Assembly (NCBI GenBank): GCA_963667015.2
Contig: CAXXJJ010000001.1
Location: 2,112,001-2,176,000, forward strand
From: Desulfatiglandales bacterium
Lineage (GTDB): Bacteria > Desulfobacterota > DSM-4660 > Desulfatiglandales > HGW-15
Direction of reading: 5' to 3'
Length of the DNA: 64,000 nt
In this document: piece by piece, positions 32,521 through 42,629 of the stretch
Layout: each line of letters starts with the position of its first letter
Position numbering within the stretch: the first letter of the stretch is position 1
The notes under the pieces: generated by a model
Told to the model about the DNA's origin: nothing
Databases searched by the model: none
The model's input: only the letters and a program-made list of their open reading frames with translations
Position numbers and translations under genes: made by a program

Positions 32521-33285
32521 TCATAACAGTGATGATGTCCTGAATACAAACATATCCCCTCTGAAATAACTTTGGCTGAGAAACAGAGTCTCGTCTGAGA
32601 CTGAATGATAGGTGATTTCATTAAAAAAAATAGGGGAACCGAATGGTATCTCCAGGGCACCGGATACGTCCAGGTCAGCAACAACGGATCTCAGGGTTTG
32701 ATTAATTTTATAAATTTTAATTCCCTTTGCCTGTTCAATCGTATTCAGAATATCATCCTTTTCTGCATCCTTTTTTGTTATAACTTCACAGTTTGATGGC
32801 TCGGCATAGTAGGTGTTGAAGGAAACCGGAAAACCCTTATATATCCTGGTTCGTTTCAATCTCCATATCTCCTGTTCGGAATCCAGTGAGAGGAAATTCT
32901 GCACATATTTCGAGGCTATCGTTCTGGTAATTTCCAGCACCTTCACCTGGGTATTCAGTTTTTCAATTGACTCCTTCAGCTTTTTAAAACTTCTGCCCAG
33001 TTCAAACTCCAGTGGTACAGGTTCAATCTCTGATACAGTTGTCCCCAGACCACGTCGACGCTCCACAAAACCATCGTTTTTTAATTTTTCCATGGCTTTT
33101 CGGATAGTGATGTTACTGGTCTGAAATTCCCTCTCCAGTTCTTCCCCGGTAAAAAGCTGGTTGCCCGGATTGTATTGTCCTGACGTGATGCGTCTCTTCA
33201 TTGTCTCCGCGATCTGGATAAAGAAAGGAACGGATGAACTGTGATCAAGAGATATTTTTCCTTTTTTTCTTTTTATATCTGTCAT
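32521..33285 (-). CDS. GntR-family (HutC/UTRA) transcriptional regulator
   Basis: VPFFIQIA, TIRKAM...ERRRGLGT winged HTH; UTRA C-terminus YFRGDMF. Confidence 0.92.
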   Translation of the reverse strand: MTDIKRKKGKISLDHSSSVPFFIQIAETMKRRITSGQYNPGNQLFTGEELEREFQTSNITIRKAMEKLKNDGFVERRRGLGTTVSEIEPVPLEFELGRSFKKLKESIEKLNTQVKVLEITRTIASKYVQNFLSLDSEQEIWRLKRTRIYKGFPVSFNTYYAEPSNCEVITKKDAEKDDILNTIEQAKGIKIYKINQTLRSVVADLDVSGALEIPFGSPIFFNEITYHSVSDETLFLSQSYFRGDMFVFRTSSLL

Positions 33286-33367
33286 TTAGGGTATCCATAA
33301 AATTATCGGTATTGAATTATTTGAATAAACCGGAACTCGCTCCATGAATTCATGAAATGATCATAAG

Positions 33368-33381
33368 GTATACTTGTATAC
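33368..33381. promoter_or_regulatory. Putative GntR operator GTATACTTGTATAC (autoregulatory)
   Basis: Perfect 6-2-6 inverted repeat upstream of the GntR gene. Confidence 0.7.
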
Positions 33382-33472
33382 AAAAAATAATATTATATCA
33401 ATGACTTTGTTTAAATATCAAGAGGGCAGAAAGAACAGGTCTGGAAATATTATTTGTTGATATCCCGAATAA

Positions 33473-33514
33473 ACAATGCCTGTATTGCCCGTTCAGGGGC
33501 AATACAGGCATTGT
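33473..33514 (-). terminator. Long hairpin downstream of 33528-34400
   Basis: ACAATGCCTGTATTGCCC...GGGCAATACAGGCATTGT perfect 18-bp stem. Confidence 0.7.
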
Positions 33515-33527
33515 GCACAATTAGTTA

Positions 33528-34400
33528 TTATCCCTTTGCCTTGACAGTCTCGTTAAAGAGCCTGAATATATCCGGCATACCGCCACTGATTACTGTCCCG
33601 TGATCACCATCGGGAATTTCTATATATTCATGCTTCATTTTAAGTTTTTCCAGACTGTCCCGCCATTTATGGGTAAAATTGGGGGCCACGACATTATCCT
33701 TTCCTCCCTGGATTATCATTACAGGAATTCCCGCATCCTTCATGGGTTTCAGGATATCATCACTGTTCTGCATCATCATAAAGGCCGCCGGAGCTATGGC
33801 GGCAACTGCAGCCCATGTGTCAGTATATTTCTGGCCCAGGAAAAGGGCGCCCGCGCCTCCCATTGAGTGTCCCATCAGGTAAGTCCGGTTTTCATCGACG
33901 TTGAACTCCTTTTTCATCATAGCAAGAACATTCATGACATCCTTTTCACTGAGTTCTGCCAGGTTGGGCGGTTCAACAGAGCCTCCGCCCATTGCAATAA
34001 CCGGGGAACCGAACCATCCGCTTACAGTGTATCCGAGTGGGCCAGCAACAATATAACCGCCTTCTTCAGCCAGGTCTATCAAGCGGTCACGCACTATAAA
34101 GTTGGCATCTCCGCCCATCCCGTGAAGGGCAATTATAAGGGGATTCTTTTTATCCTTTGAAACCTTTGATGATACATATACAACATACGCCAGGTCCTTA
34201 TCCGTATCTTTAAAGTGGTACGTGCGCTGCTGGGCACGCGGATCAGGTTTAATAGTCATCGGGCCTTTGGGCATTGGTTTTTTCGCAGGCCCCCCGGGTC
34301 CCGGAGGTCCAGGAGGCTGTGCAATTGTGTATTGAGCAATAGAAAGACATAGTAAGAGAGTGAACATTAATGTGAAAATCATAGTTATTTTCTTTTTCAT
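33528..34400 (-). CDS. Secreted alpha/beta hydrolase (paralog of 21462-22394)
   Basis: PLIIALHGMG, SEKDVMNVL, GHSMGG, QGGKDNVV, DGDHG. Confidence 0.87.
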   Translation of the reverse strand: MKKKITMIFTLMFTLLLCLSIAQYTIAQPPGPPGPGGPAKKPMPKGPMTIKPDPRAQQRTYHFKDTDKDLAYVVYVSSKVSKDKKNPLIIALHGMGGDANFIVRDRLIDLAEEGGYIVAGPLGYTVSGWFGSPVIAMGGGSVEPPNLAELSEKDVMNVLAMMKKEFNVDENRTYLMGHSMGGAGALFLGQKYTDTWAAVAAIAPAAFMMMQNSDDILKPMKDAGIPVMIIQGGKDNVVAPNFTHKWRDSLEKLKMKHEYIEIPDGDHGTVISGGMPDIFRLFNETVKAKG

Positions 34401-34594
34401 GGTGCTGTCTCCTGTGATAGGTTTTAAATTATTAGCGTTATAGCGAATTAATAATCAACTCTGTCCCTGTGAACCTAATTTTTTAAATGTATGGAGTTAT
34501 ATGAATAAAAAAAGAACGGTATTCAAAAAATACAGTTTTTCAAGCAAGCTTTTATATATTCCCCTTATCTTGCTTTTTTAAACTTGTTTTTTTA

Positions 34595-34608
34595 GTATAC
34601 TTATATAC
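34595..34608. promoter_or_regulatory. Putative GntR operator GTATACTTATATAC in the divergent region
   Basis: Matches the consensus; followed by the same TATATCAATGACTTT block as the 33368 site. Confidence 0.7.
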
Positions 34609-34764
34609 AAATCAACGAATATATCAATGACTTTATCAATCGAAATTTGAAAAAATCATTGTGTGCAGCCTTATATAAAAATAAAATCTTCAAATTTATC
34701 AAAGTGAGTATTTCCTCTAAAGTATAAGGACTAAAGGTCTGGATAAAAAAAGGAGAACTCTCAT

Positions 34765-34938
34765 ATGGATGCAGTAATAAGTGCAGGCATTATCTTCATT
34801 ACAGGTTTTATACTGGCAGGGCTGTTTCTCATAAATAAGCCTGAAGATATGGGTCAGGTCCCTGATGGAATAATAGATCCTGAACCGGTGAATATTGAGA
34901 TACCATTACCGGCGGCTGGAAAAGTGTCGATTTTATAA
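34765..34938 (+). pseudogene. 57-aa ORF, probable remnant of an MFS transporter
   Basis: RBS AAGGAG; one TM segment followed by NKPEDMGQVPDG, resembling the post-TM6 loop motif of MFS proteins. Confidence 0.5.
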
Positions 34939-34972
34939 CGATGGAATAACATTTGTGAAAGGAAGCATACCT

Positions 34973-36601
34973 ATGATGAGAAGAATATTTTTTGCTGTAA
35001 TACTGATAATAATGGTTTGCGGAGTCAGCATGGCTCAGCAGCCTGATCCAGTCAGGGTGGAAGAAGGACTGGTACAGGGCGTTCACGAGGACGGGCTGAC
35101 GGTTTATAAGGGTATACCCTTTGCTGCGCCCCCTGTCGGAGAGCTCAGGTGGCGCGCTCCTCAACCTGCCGCAAAGTGGGAAGGTGTGCTGAAGGCCGAT
35201 AAGTTCGCTCCGTCACCCGTTCCGGGTATGAGAATGGGAAATCCGGGCGGACCAGGGCCGGGATCGAGCGAAGATTGTCTCTATTTAAATGTCTGGACAC
35301 CGGCGAAGTCATCAACCGACCGCATTCCCGTGTTCGTCTGGATCTACGGCGGCGGGTTCAACATGGGGTCCACTTCTTCTCCAGTTTACAGCGGCGAGAA
35401 TCTGGCAAAAAAAGGCGTTGTATTTGTCAGTATAGCCTACCGGGTCGGACGGATCGGATTTTTTGCACATCCGGAGTTGACTGCCGAGAATCCTCATAAA
35501 TCTTCCGGCAATTACGGGCTTTTGGATATGATTGAAGGCCTTAAATGGATTAAGAAAAATATTGCCGCCTTTGGAGGCGATCCTCAAAAGGTCACTATAT
35601 TTGGGGAATCCGCAGGCGGAATAGCGGTCAGTATGCTGTGCGCATCACCCCTGGCCAACGGGCTTTTCCATGGCGCTATATCTCAGAGCGGAGGATCATT
35701 TGCCCCTCCAAGACCCAGCCCCCTGCACGGTGAAAATATGCAGCCCCTTGCCGATGCTGAACGTTCCGGTCAGGCCTATGTAAAAAGTGCCGGAGTTTCA
35801 TCAATAGCCGAATTGCGAAAGATTCCTGCCGATAAACTTCCTGCCGGTGGAATGGGGCAGGGGCAGGACCTGGGTATGGCCTGGCCTATTGTTGACGGAT
35901 GGGTTATTCCCGATGACCAGTACAAACTCTATGAGGCGGGACGATATAATGATACCCCCATTCTGGTGGGTTACAACTCGGACGAGGGATTGTCCTTCCA
36001 GCCTCCAAAAAATCCGGAGGAGTACATTGCTACAGTAAAATCACGTTTCGGTTCCTTTGCAGAAAGGCTCATAAAAGCCTATCCGCCGGGAGAAGGAAAA
36101 ATTGCCAAGAGTGCACGTGACCTTATGAGGGATGTAACCTTCGGATGGCATACGTGGGCATGGGCACGGCTCCAGTCTGAAACCGGAAAATCAAACGCCT
36201 ACTATTATTATTTTGATCAGCACCCGGAATATCCTGCGGGCTCTCCACAGTTTGGACAAGGATCTCCCCATGGCCAGGATGTAGCCTATGTGTTCCAGTA
36301 TCTCGATAACCCGGGCGGACCACCCGGGCAGACCAGGACAGTGACAACGTCTGACAGGGATATCTCCGAGGCCATGGCCACATACTGGACCAATTTTGCC
36401 AAATACGGAAATCCGAACGGTAAAGGGGTTCCTGAATGGCCGGCCTTCAGTGATGAAAATCCAGTGGTGATGTATTTCAGACAGACGCCTCACACAGGGC
36501 CGGTACCCGATGCTGAATCATTAAAGGTGGTGGACACCTTTTTCGCATGGCGGAGAACTCCTGAAGGAGAGGCATGGGTGAAAATGAAGGACAAAAAATA
36601 A
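34973..36601 (+). CDS. Type-B carboxylesterase, secreted
   Basis: Signal peptide from ATG 34973; SEDCLYLNVW, FGESAGG, GYNSDEG, SPHGQD. Confidence 0.93.
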   Translation: MMRRIFFAVILIIMVCGVSMAQQPDPVRVEEGLVQGVHEDGLTVYKGIPFAAPPVGELRWRAPQPAAKWEGVLKADKFAPSPVPGMRMGNPGGPGPGSSEDCLYLNVWTPAKSSTDRIPVFVWIYGGGFNMGSTSSPVYSGENLAKKGVVFVSIAYRVGRIGFFAHPELTAENPHKSSGNYGLLDMIEGLKWIKKNIAAFGGDPQKVTIFGESAGGIAVSMLCASPLANGLFHGAISQSGGSFAPPRPSPLHGENMQPLADAERSGQAYVKSAGVSSIAELRKIPADKLPAGGMGQGQDLGMAWPIVDGWVIPDDQYKLYEAGRYNDTPILVGYNSDEGLSFQPPKNPEEYIATVKSRFGSFAERLIKAYPPGEGKIAKSARDLMRDVTFGWHTWAWARLQSETGKSNAYYYYFDQHPEYPAGSPQFGQGSPHGQDVAYVFQYLDNPGGPPGQTRTVTTSDRDISEAMATYWTNFAKYGNPNGKGVPEWPAFSDENPVVMYFRQTPHTGPVPDAESLKVVDTFFAWRRTPEGEAWVKMKDKK

Positions 36602-36649
36602 TTATTTCACCATTGTACCATCTCAATACAGTGATCGATTAAGAAATAT

Positions 36650-36695
36650 AAAACAGGCCCTGATCAAAAAAAAGTTTCTGATCAGGGCCTGTTTT
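36650..36695. terminator. Bidirectional terminator between convergent genes
   Basis: AAAACAGGCCCTGATCA...TGATCAGGGCCTGTTTT. Confidence 0.8.
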
Positions 36696-36750
36696 GATTT
36701 TTACACTGTATTAATCCCTATATTCAGGGATTATCTGTTCCGGATGAATT

Positions 36751-37830
36751 CTACCCTCCGAATTTAACCCTGGAAAGCCTGTACAGCTCTTCCCTGTAGG
36801 CAGGTGTCAATGCAAATAACCCGTAATGACTCATATTTGCCGGTTTGTCGGGATTACAGAATTTATCTGCAAACTTTGCGGCCTCCGCCCTCTGCTGCTC
36901 CTCGCTGGCATCAGGCGGGTATTGATCAGGAATAACCCCTATAATGATCTGATCACCGTATTTCTCATAAATCATATGCGTATCATTCATTGCCTGCGGG
37001 CCCCATATGTCCCAGCCCGCCTCAATGATGCAGGGGACCTGCATTTCAAGATGTCCGCAGCTGTGGAGGTCGGCTATTTTACCTCTTTCGTGTATATGGT
37101 CAGTCAACCTCCTCATGGAAGGCACTACCATTTCCATGGCAGTGTCCGGTGAGAAAAACGGCGCTCTTTGTGAACCCCAGTCATCATGAACTGTAAATCC
37201 GTCGGCATTATAGTGGTCGATGAATTTATCAACGATCTGAATATACAGGTCAGTCAGTTTCTCAAACAATGCCTTTACTGCAGTCTGCTGATCCTCATCT
37301 ATTAGAGCCATCACCGCGTTGTCAAAATCCATAAAGGAGATCAGCCGCTCATAATAACCGTTCATAATCCAGGGCATGATTGCGGTGCCCTTGTTTAGAT
37401 ATTCTTTATTTGCCCTGGCCGAACCTTCCCAGTCCCAGCTGTTGACATCAGGCCAGACGAGTTTTTCCTCCCATTCGTTTGCATCATTAAGAAAGGGTGT
37501 CCCGGGTTTGACCATGGAGCCCTGGGCAGCCTCGACGTATTGCCATTCGATGCCGAACATGTCTTTACCCCCGAAATTTTCACGGGGCAGGGGATTTGCC
37601 TCAATCATAAATGCCCGTGCCACATTGTCGGGGAATATGACAGGACAGAACATTGTCGACTCAACACTGGTGATCTGCCAGATCGGTTCTCTGTTTATAA
37701 ATCCGATGTAGGCTTCTCTTGGTGTTACCGGAAAATCATATATCGGTGTATTGGGCATTCCAGGAAAAAAACCCGGTATTTCACCCACGACTTTTAGTTC
37801 TTCTTCTGAAAATGGAATCCTATGAGACAT
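36751..37830 (-). CDS. URO-D/MtaA-family methyltransferase (O-demethylase methyltransferase-like)
   Basis: DMFGIEW, YERLISFMDF, HDDWGSQ, LHSCG zinc motif. Confidence 0.8.
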   Translation of the reverse strand: MSHRIPFSEEELKVVGEIPGFFPGMPNTPIYDFPVTPREAYIGFINREPIWQITSVESTMFCPVIFPDNVARAFMIEANPLPRENFGGKDMFGIEWQYVEAAQGSMVKPGTPFLNDANEWEEKLVWPDVNSWDWEGSARANKEYLNKGTAIMPWIMNGYYERLISFMDFDNAVMALIDEDQQTAVKALFEKLTDLYIQIVDKFIDHYNADGFTVHDDWGSQRAPFFSPDTAMEMVVPSMRRLTDHIHERGKIADLHSCGHLEMQVPCIIEAGWDIWGPQAMNDTHMIYEKYGDQIIIGVIPDQYPPDASEEQQRAEAAKFADKFCNPDKPANMSHYGLFALTPAYREELYRLSRVKFGG

Positions 37831-37863
37831 TATTTCTTTCTCCTTATTGTAAATTATCCCTTG

Positions 37864-38055
37864 TTAATAAATACCATATTCTTTTATAAAATCAATCATT
37901 GCCTTGAGATTCTCTGGTTCTACCTCATCTGTCGAACTCCTTGGGGCTAGAATATATCCGTCATCTTTTCCACACCAATCAATGATTTTTTTACAGTGTT
38001 CCCTGACACTCTGCAGCCCTTCCGGTGTGTCACAATTTTCATGCGACTTCGATAT
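37864..38055 (-). pseudogene. C-terminal remnant of a second URO-D-family protein
   Basis: Reads ...TPEGLQSVREHCKKIIDWCGKDDGYILAPRSSTDEVEPENLKAMIDFIKEYGIY*, with no upstream body. Confidence 0.65.
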
Positions 38056-39453
38056 TTAACTTAAACCCCTTTTATCGGCATTCGTTTTCATAATTTCAGA
38101 CAGCCTGTTATCAGATAAGGAGTAGAAAATCATTATTGCAAAGGCCAGAAAACCCGCCGTAGCCGGAAGATAACAGATAAGATTCATCAGGCTGTTTATA
38201 ACCTCATCGGTTGGTGCCGTGTTTGGAACAAATCCGATAAATCCCAGGCCTGCTGTGACTATTGTTCCGGCAAGTGCTATCGCAATCTTGATCGGCAGCG
38301 TGAACATGGACATTATAACTGCACTCGCATCTTTGCCTGATTTATAAAAACTGTACTCCGCAGCATCCATATACATTGCCTGTCGGACAGGCCCGTTGAC
38401 CCCCGCACCAAGCGTTGATACAACAATAATTACGATATAGGTATAGGCAGAATTCAAACCGAACATTCTAAGAACTATGAACCCTGCGGTTCCCCAGATT
38501 GAGGCAAAAAGGTATGTATTTTTCTTGCCTAAAATACCAACTACCCTTGGCCCAATCAGCGTGCTTGCAAAGCTTGCAAGAGCAAATGAGAGTGAATATG
38601 GCTTCATGTATTGTTCATTTTCTATTATATATTTGAAATAATACACTGCGACTGCCTGGAGGCTGAAGATACCCAGGTAGGATACAATATCCGCTGACAT
38701 TAAAATCCTCAGGTGTTTATTTCCGATGACCTGCTGCGCCATCTCCTTAAGAGACATTTTGTTTGTCAGATTTTTTGTTGGGTCATATTTGTCATAGTCT
38801 TTTATCTGGTAAAAAAGAAACCAGTAGCCCAATACCTGAATAACAGCCAGTATTCCCACAGTGTAGAAATATCCCCATGATTCGCTTTTCTTACTGAAGT
38901 GATAAAACATATTTAAAACAAGATAGCTGTAGATAATCTGGCTGGACATGCCATACTGAATATTCCTGGATGACATCCGCATCCTGTCTTTAACACTTTT
39001 CGCCACGACCGATATGAGACCAAGCTGGGCATTGTAGGCAAAATTAAGACTCACATGGGCTATCATATAGGCCAGACTGAGATAGACTATTTTTATTCCG
39101 TAGCTCAGGGGCAGATTTGTGAATGTAAGAGTAAAAAACACAGAGGTTGCCAGAGGAGGCAAAAGCAGCCATGACCGGTACTGTCCCCAGCGAAACTGGG
39201 TGTTCTGTATCAGGACACCTGAGACAGGGATTGAAAGGGCATCAACAATATGGGTTATAAATATGATAACAGGGATAATGGATAACTTTATCAGGGCCAC
39301 ATCTGTTAAAAATATCGTATAATATTGAAGCGCGAGATTCATCATCAATGAGAAAGTCAGATGTGAAAAACCATAACTGTGGACAAGCACGCCGGAAAGT
39401 TTTTTTTCCAATTCTAATTCTCCTTTCGTTAGACTACTATTCCGAGCAGACAA
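38056..39453 (-). CDS. MFS glycoside-pentoside-hexuronide (GPH) family transporter
   Basis: FLTDVA, RWGQYRSWLL, YMDAAEY; multi-pass hydrophobic. Confidence 0.88.
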   Translation of the reverse strand: MSARNSSLTKGELELEKKLSGVLVHSYGFSHLTFSLMMNLALQYYTIFLTDVALIKLSIIPVIIFITHIVDALSIPVSGVLIQNTQFRWGQYRSWLLLPPLATSVFFTLTFTNLPLSYGIKIVYLSLAYMIAHVSLNFAYNAQLGLISVVAKSVKDRMRMSSRNIQYGMSSQIIYSYLVLNMFYHFSKKSESWGYFYTVGILAVIQVLGYWFLFYQIKDYDKYDPTKNLTNKMSLKEMAQQVIGNKHLRILMSADIVSYLGIFSLQAVAVYYFKYIIENEQYMKPYSLSFALASFASTLIGPRVVGILGKKNTYLFASIWGTAGFIVLRMFGLNSAYTYIVIIVVSTLGAGVNGPVRQAMYMDAAEYSFYKSGKDASAVIMSMFTLPIKIAIALAGTIVTAGLGFIGFVPNTAPTDEVINSLMNLICYLPATAGFLAFAIMIFYSLSDNRLSEIMKTNADKRGLS

Positions 39454-41080
39454 AGCTGTCCGCGCTGTTTACATCACCATCTTTGTAGCGTGCAACAAGA
39501 GGGTAGGGGCAAAGGGGTCTTGTAACACCGGGATAAGCCCGGCCGGTTGCGATTATACGATCCGGCGCTGCTCCTTTTTCCACCCAGTCCATTATTGCAT
39601 CGAGCGTATTAAACTGGTCCGTGGACTTGCCTCCGCTGCAGTGGCACATTCCCGGGATAAAGAATAACCTTACAGAATCCCGTATTGACGGTCCGTTTAC
39701 TTCCACTACTTCATCGTACCATGCTGAAAGAACTCCCGAGGCCATTCCCTGATCGGAAAGGCCGTTATAAACAATCATTTTTCCGTGGTCTGCAAATGTC
39801 TGAAGAAATGTTGAATCAGCATCTGTATTGGCCGCCGTATGGCGTGTTTTTACAGCATCACGATCAAAATCAAACTCAAGGGGATCCAGATCAGGATCAG
39901 GAGGAGTTAACTGAAGATAACTCAGGTTGACCAGTCCCAGTGTAGCGTCGGCAGAATCCCATTTTCCGGTTCCTGAAGAACCGATATGCATGGCTCTCCA
40001 CTCCGATCCTGCAACACCGGTATCATAGGGAAAAGGGCCGTAGATCGATTTCCCATCACTTGTGTGCGGTCCCTTAAACATGTCCCGTAGCGCATCCACC
40101 TGCTCCTTTGAAAGACAGGTTGCTGTTTTTTCGGATTTGCATGTGAGAATTCCGGGGTCAAAGTCGCAGCCCTGCCAGTCGTTGATAAAACCGTCAGCCA
40201 GTCCATCCAGTGCATCGCAGCGCTTAAGGAGAGTATCTGCTACAAGGTTTAAATCTTCATTGGAAAAGGCCTTTGAAATTATTGGGCGGCCGTTTTCATC
40301 CTTTGGTGCAATCCTGGCGGCCACCTGAACGTTCCATATTTCGTCCATTGCGATCCCTGAAAATTTAATGGCAGGATCACCTGCAACGATGCCGTCAAAA
40401 TAAAGAGGAAAGCGCTGGGAGGCCATTAAAGCCTGACGCCCGCCGTTAGAGCAGCCGATAAAATATGAGTAGGCTGGTGCGGTTCCGTAATATTTTTCAA
40501 TCAGCTCCTTTGCCTTGAGTGTGACCTTATCCAGGGCATTATAACCGTAATCGATACGTGCCTGCTGGTCCAGTCCGAATGTGCCGTCGAGCATGCTGCT
40601 CCTGTGGCCTCCGTCCGTTGACACAACCGCAAATCCCTGTGCAAGTGCCGAGGGTCTGTCTGAACCCATCTGGCTTCCGATGGCAGAGGAGAGCATTCCA
40701 TCAAGTCCGGCGCCTCCCTGAAAAAAGAACCGGTTGTTCCAGTTTGCCGGCATGCGTAATTCAAAACCTATTCCAAACTTCTGACCCTTAGCGCCCGTCC
40801 GGGGATTGATCATTCCCTGTACCAGACAGTGCTCAGGCAGTATATTAGCTTTGCCTCCAGGACCCGGTGCCGGTCCCTCGGGAACGATCTCTGCCTTTTC
40901 GACCAGAAAGCTTCCGGTAGCAAGCTCAGTGATAGCAGAACAGCTCGATGAATTTGATTTATTATCTGCGCCAAAGGTTTTTTCCAAAGGAAATACAGTT
41001 AAAAGTATCAGGCAGGTTAATAAAAATCCTGCTGGAAGCCTGAAGGATAATTTCCTTTCAATAACCGGTTTATAAGACAT
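39437..41080 (-). CDS. Tannase/feruloyl esterase family protein (CS-D-HC type), secreted
   Basis: STDGGH, GCSNGGRQ, GLSDQG, PGMCHCSGG, RPLCPYP. Confidence 0.92.
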   Translation of the reverse strand: MSYKPVIERKLSFRLPAGFLLTCLILLTVFPLEKTFGADNKSNSSSCSAITELATGSFLVEKAEIVPEGPAPGPGGKANILPEHCLVQGMINPRTGAKGQKFGIGFELRMPANWNNRFFFQGGAGLDGMLSSAIGSQMGSDRPSALAQGFAVVSTDGGHRSSMLDGTFGLDQQARIDYGYNALDKVTLKAKELIEKYYGTAPAYSYFIGCSNGGRQALMASQRFPLYFDGIVAGDPAIKFSGIAMDEIWNVQVAARIAPKDENGRPIISKAFSNEDLNLVADTLLKRCDALDGLADGFINDWQGCDFDPGILTCKSEKTATCLSKEQVDALRDMFKGPHTSDGKSIYGPFPYDTGVAGSEWRAMHIGSSGTGKWDSADATLGLVNLSYLQLTPPDPDLDPLEFDFDRDAVKTRHTAANTDADSTFLQTFADHGKMIVYNGLSDQGMASGVLSAWYDEVVEVNGPSIRDSVRLFFIPGMCHCSGGKSTDQFNTLDAIMDWVEKGAAPDRIIATGRAYPGVTRPLCPYPLVARYKDGDVNSADSFVCSE

Positions 41081-41152
41081 AGAAACCCTCTCTTTATATT
41101 TTTAAATCACTAATTTCCAAATTAAATTGGAAGAATCGTATAAAACTTTATT

Positions 41153-42604
41153 TTATGGTTTTTTAAAAATCCATCGCGACTTATAGCTGTCCGGATCAAA
41201 TCTGTCCAGAGTCGGAGTGCTTCTACCGACTGCAGTGAGAACAAGTTCTTCTTTTGAATCCGGGACAACCCTGGGTGTTATGCGGTATGTACCGTCAATC
41301 AACTGGTCGATGCGCCAGAGTTGTTCGGGAGCACCTGTATATTCAGGCACGGTTATAACTTCTTTTTCTGCAGTGGCTGCAAGAGCCCTGTTTGTATCTT
41401 CGATAATTATCTTGAAATATGGTGATCCAAAATAACCGCCGGCATCCGGTACAGGTGTTATTGTCCATTTCTGGTGGGGCCTGAACATATAATCTCCGAT
41501 TCGAACATCTATATTCCCTTTTGGCCAGGTCTTTTCCACATCGGAAAGTTTCTGGGGCGTGACCGGAACAACGGGCTCTTCAGTATTGCGTCCAAAAAAA
41601 CGCATGCCGCCTGCCATCCTTACGAAATCCACAGCAAGTTCAAGAGCATATCCGCTACGTTCGGATTTTATCTCAAAAGTGCCTCCCTCAAAATTATCAC
41701 CTGCAACAGGCCATCCATCCTTCCAGAGAAGAGGTCGGATGCCCAGAACACTGTGACCACCCTGGATAAGGTCCGCCTCATAGTGGCATGAAAACTTTTG
41801 AAGACCGTTGCCCAGGTCTATCAGGCCAAAGTGGCCGGGCCCTACATAATGACCACTGGCTGCTACCACAAGCTTGCCGCCGCCTTTAAGCATGGGTACC
41901 CCCATGTGATCCACGTATGGTCCGGTTACCTTTTTTGAACGGCCAACCCTGATGTTGTATGTGGAGTTGGCGCCGTCGCAGCAGGTGCCGTGAGTGGCAA
42001 GGAGATAATACCATCCGTCACGATACATCATGGCTGTTGCTTCGCAGTCAATTGCTACATTGATCGCCTTATTACCCGGCATACGTTTTCCGGTTTTAGG
42101 ATCAAGTTCAATAATTCTTATAAAGCCGAAGTAGGTTCCATATGTCAGCCACAACCGACCATCAGTCGGATCCAGAAGGAACGCAGAATCAATTGCATCA
42201 CAGTCCTCAACCCCGTCCGACGATACAACTATGGTTTCATCCTGAAATCCAAAGTCAGGGGATTTTGGGTCAAGGGATTTTGTCCACATGACATAGACAT
42301 TGCTCGCATGTCCTCCTGATAGCCCTCCGCCGCCTTTGGCATATGTCATATAATAGCGGTCTTTTATTTTTATTACGTCCGGAGCGACACCGCCACCGGG
42401 GCGTTCAGCCCCCCGGTGCCATGTCCAGCCGTCTTCTGAGATCAAACCTCCTCCACCTGTACCAAAGGTATAGTACTTTCCATCGCATTTTGTGATGGTC
42501 GAGGGATCGTGAATATAAGGTTCTCCGACCTGGGCAGATACCCCGTCGGATATTATGAGAAAAAGCAGTAAAGAAAAAGCTGCTGATATAATACGTGATT
42601 TCAT
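41153..42604 (-). CDS. GH43 glycoside hydrolase (endo-arabinanase-like) with C-terminal ricin-type lectin-like domain
   Basis: HDPS, APD, DAIDS, DCEAT, GPGH; QKW/QLW repeats; RBS GGAGG before 42604. Confidence 0.85.
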   Translation of the reverse strand: MKSRIISAAFSLLLFLIISDGVSAQVGEPYIHDPSTITKCDGKYYTFGTGGGGLISEDGWTWHRGAERPGGGVAPDVIKIKDRYYMTYAKGGGGLSGGHASNVYVMWTKSLDPKSPDFGFQDETIVVSSDGVEDCDAIDSAFLLDPTDGRLWLTYGTYFGFIRIIELDPKTGKRMPGNKAINVAIDCEATAMMYRDGWYYLLATHGTCCDGANSTYNIRVGRSKKVTGPYVDHMGVPMLKGGGKLVVAASGHYVGPGHFGLIDLGNGLQKFSCHYEADLIQGGHSVLGIRPLLWKDGWPVAGDNFEGGTFEIKSERSGYALELAVDFVRMAGGMRFFGRNTEEPVVPVTPQKLSDVEKTWPKGNIDVRIGDYMFRPHQKWTITPVPDAGGYFGSPYFKIIIEDTNRALAATAEKEVITVPEYTGAPEQLWRIDQLIDGTYRITPRVVPDSKEELVLTAVGRSTPTLDRFDPDSYKSRWIFKKP

Positions 42605-42629
42605 AAGGCCTCCAGGAATAATTAATACC

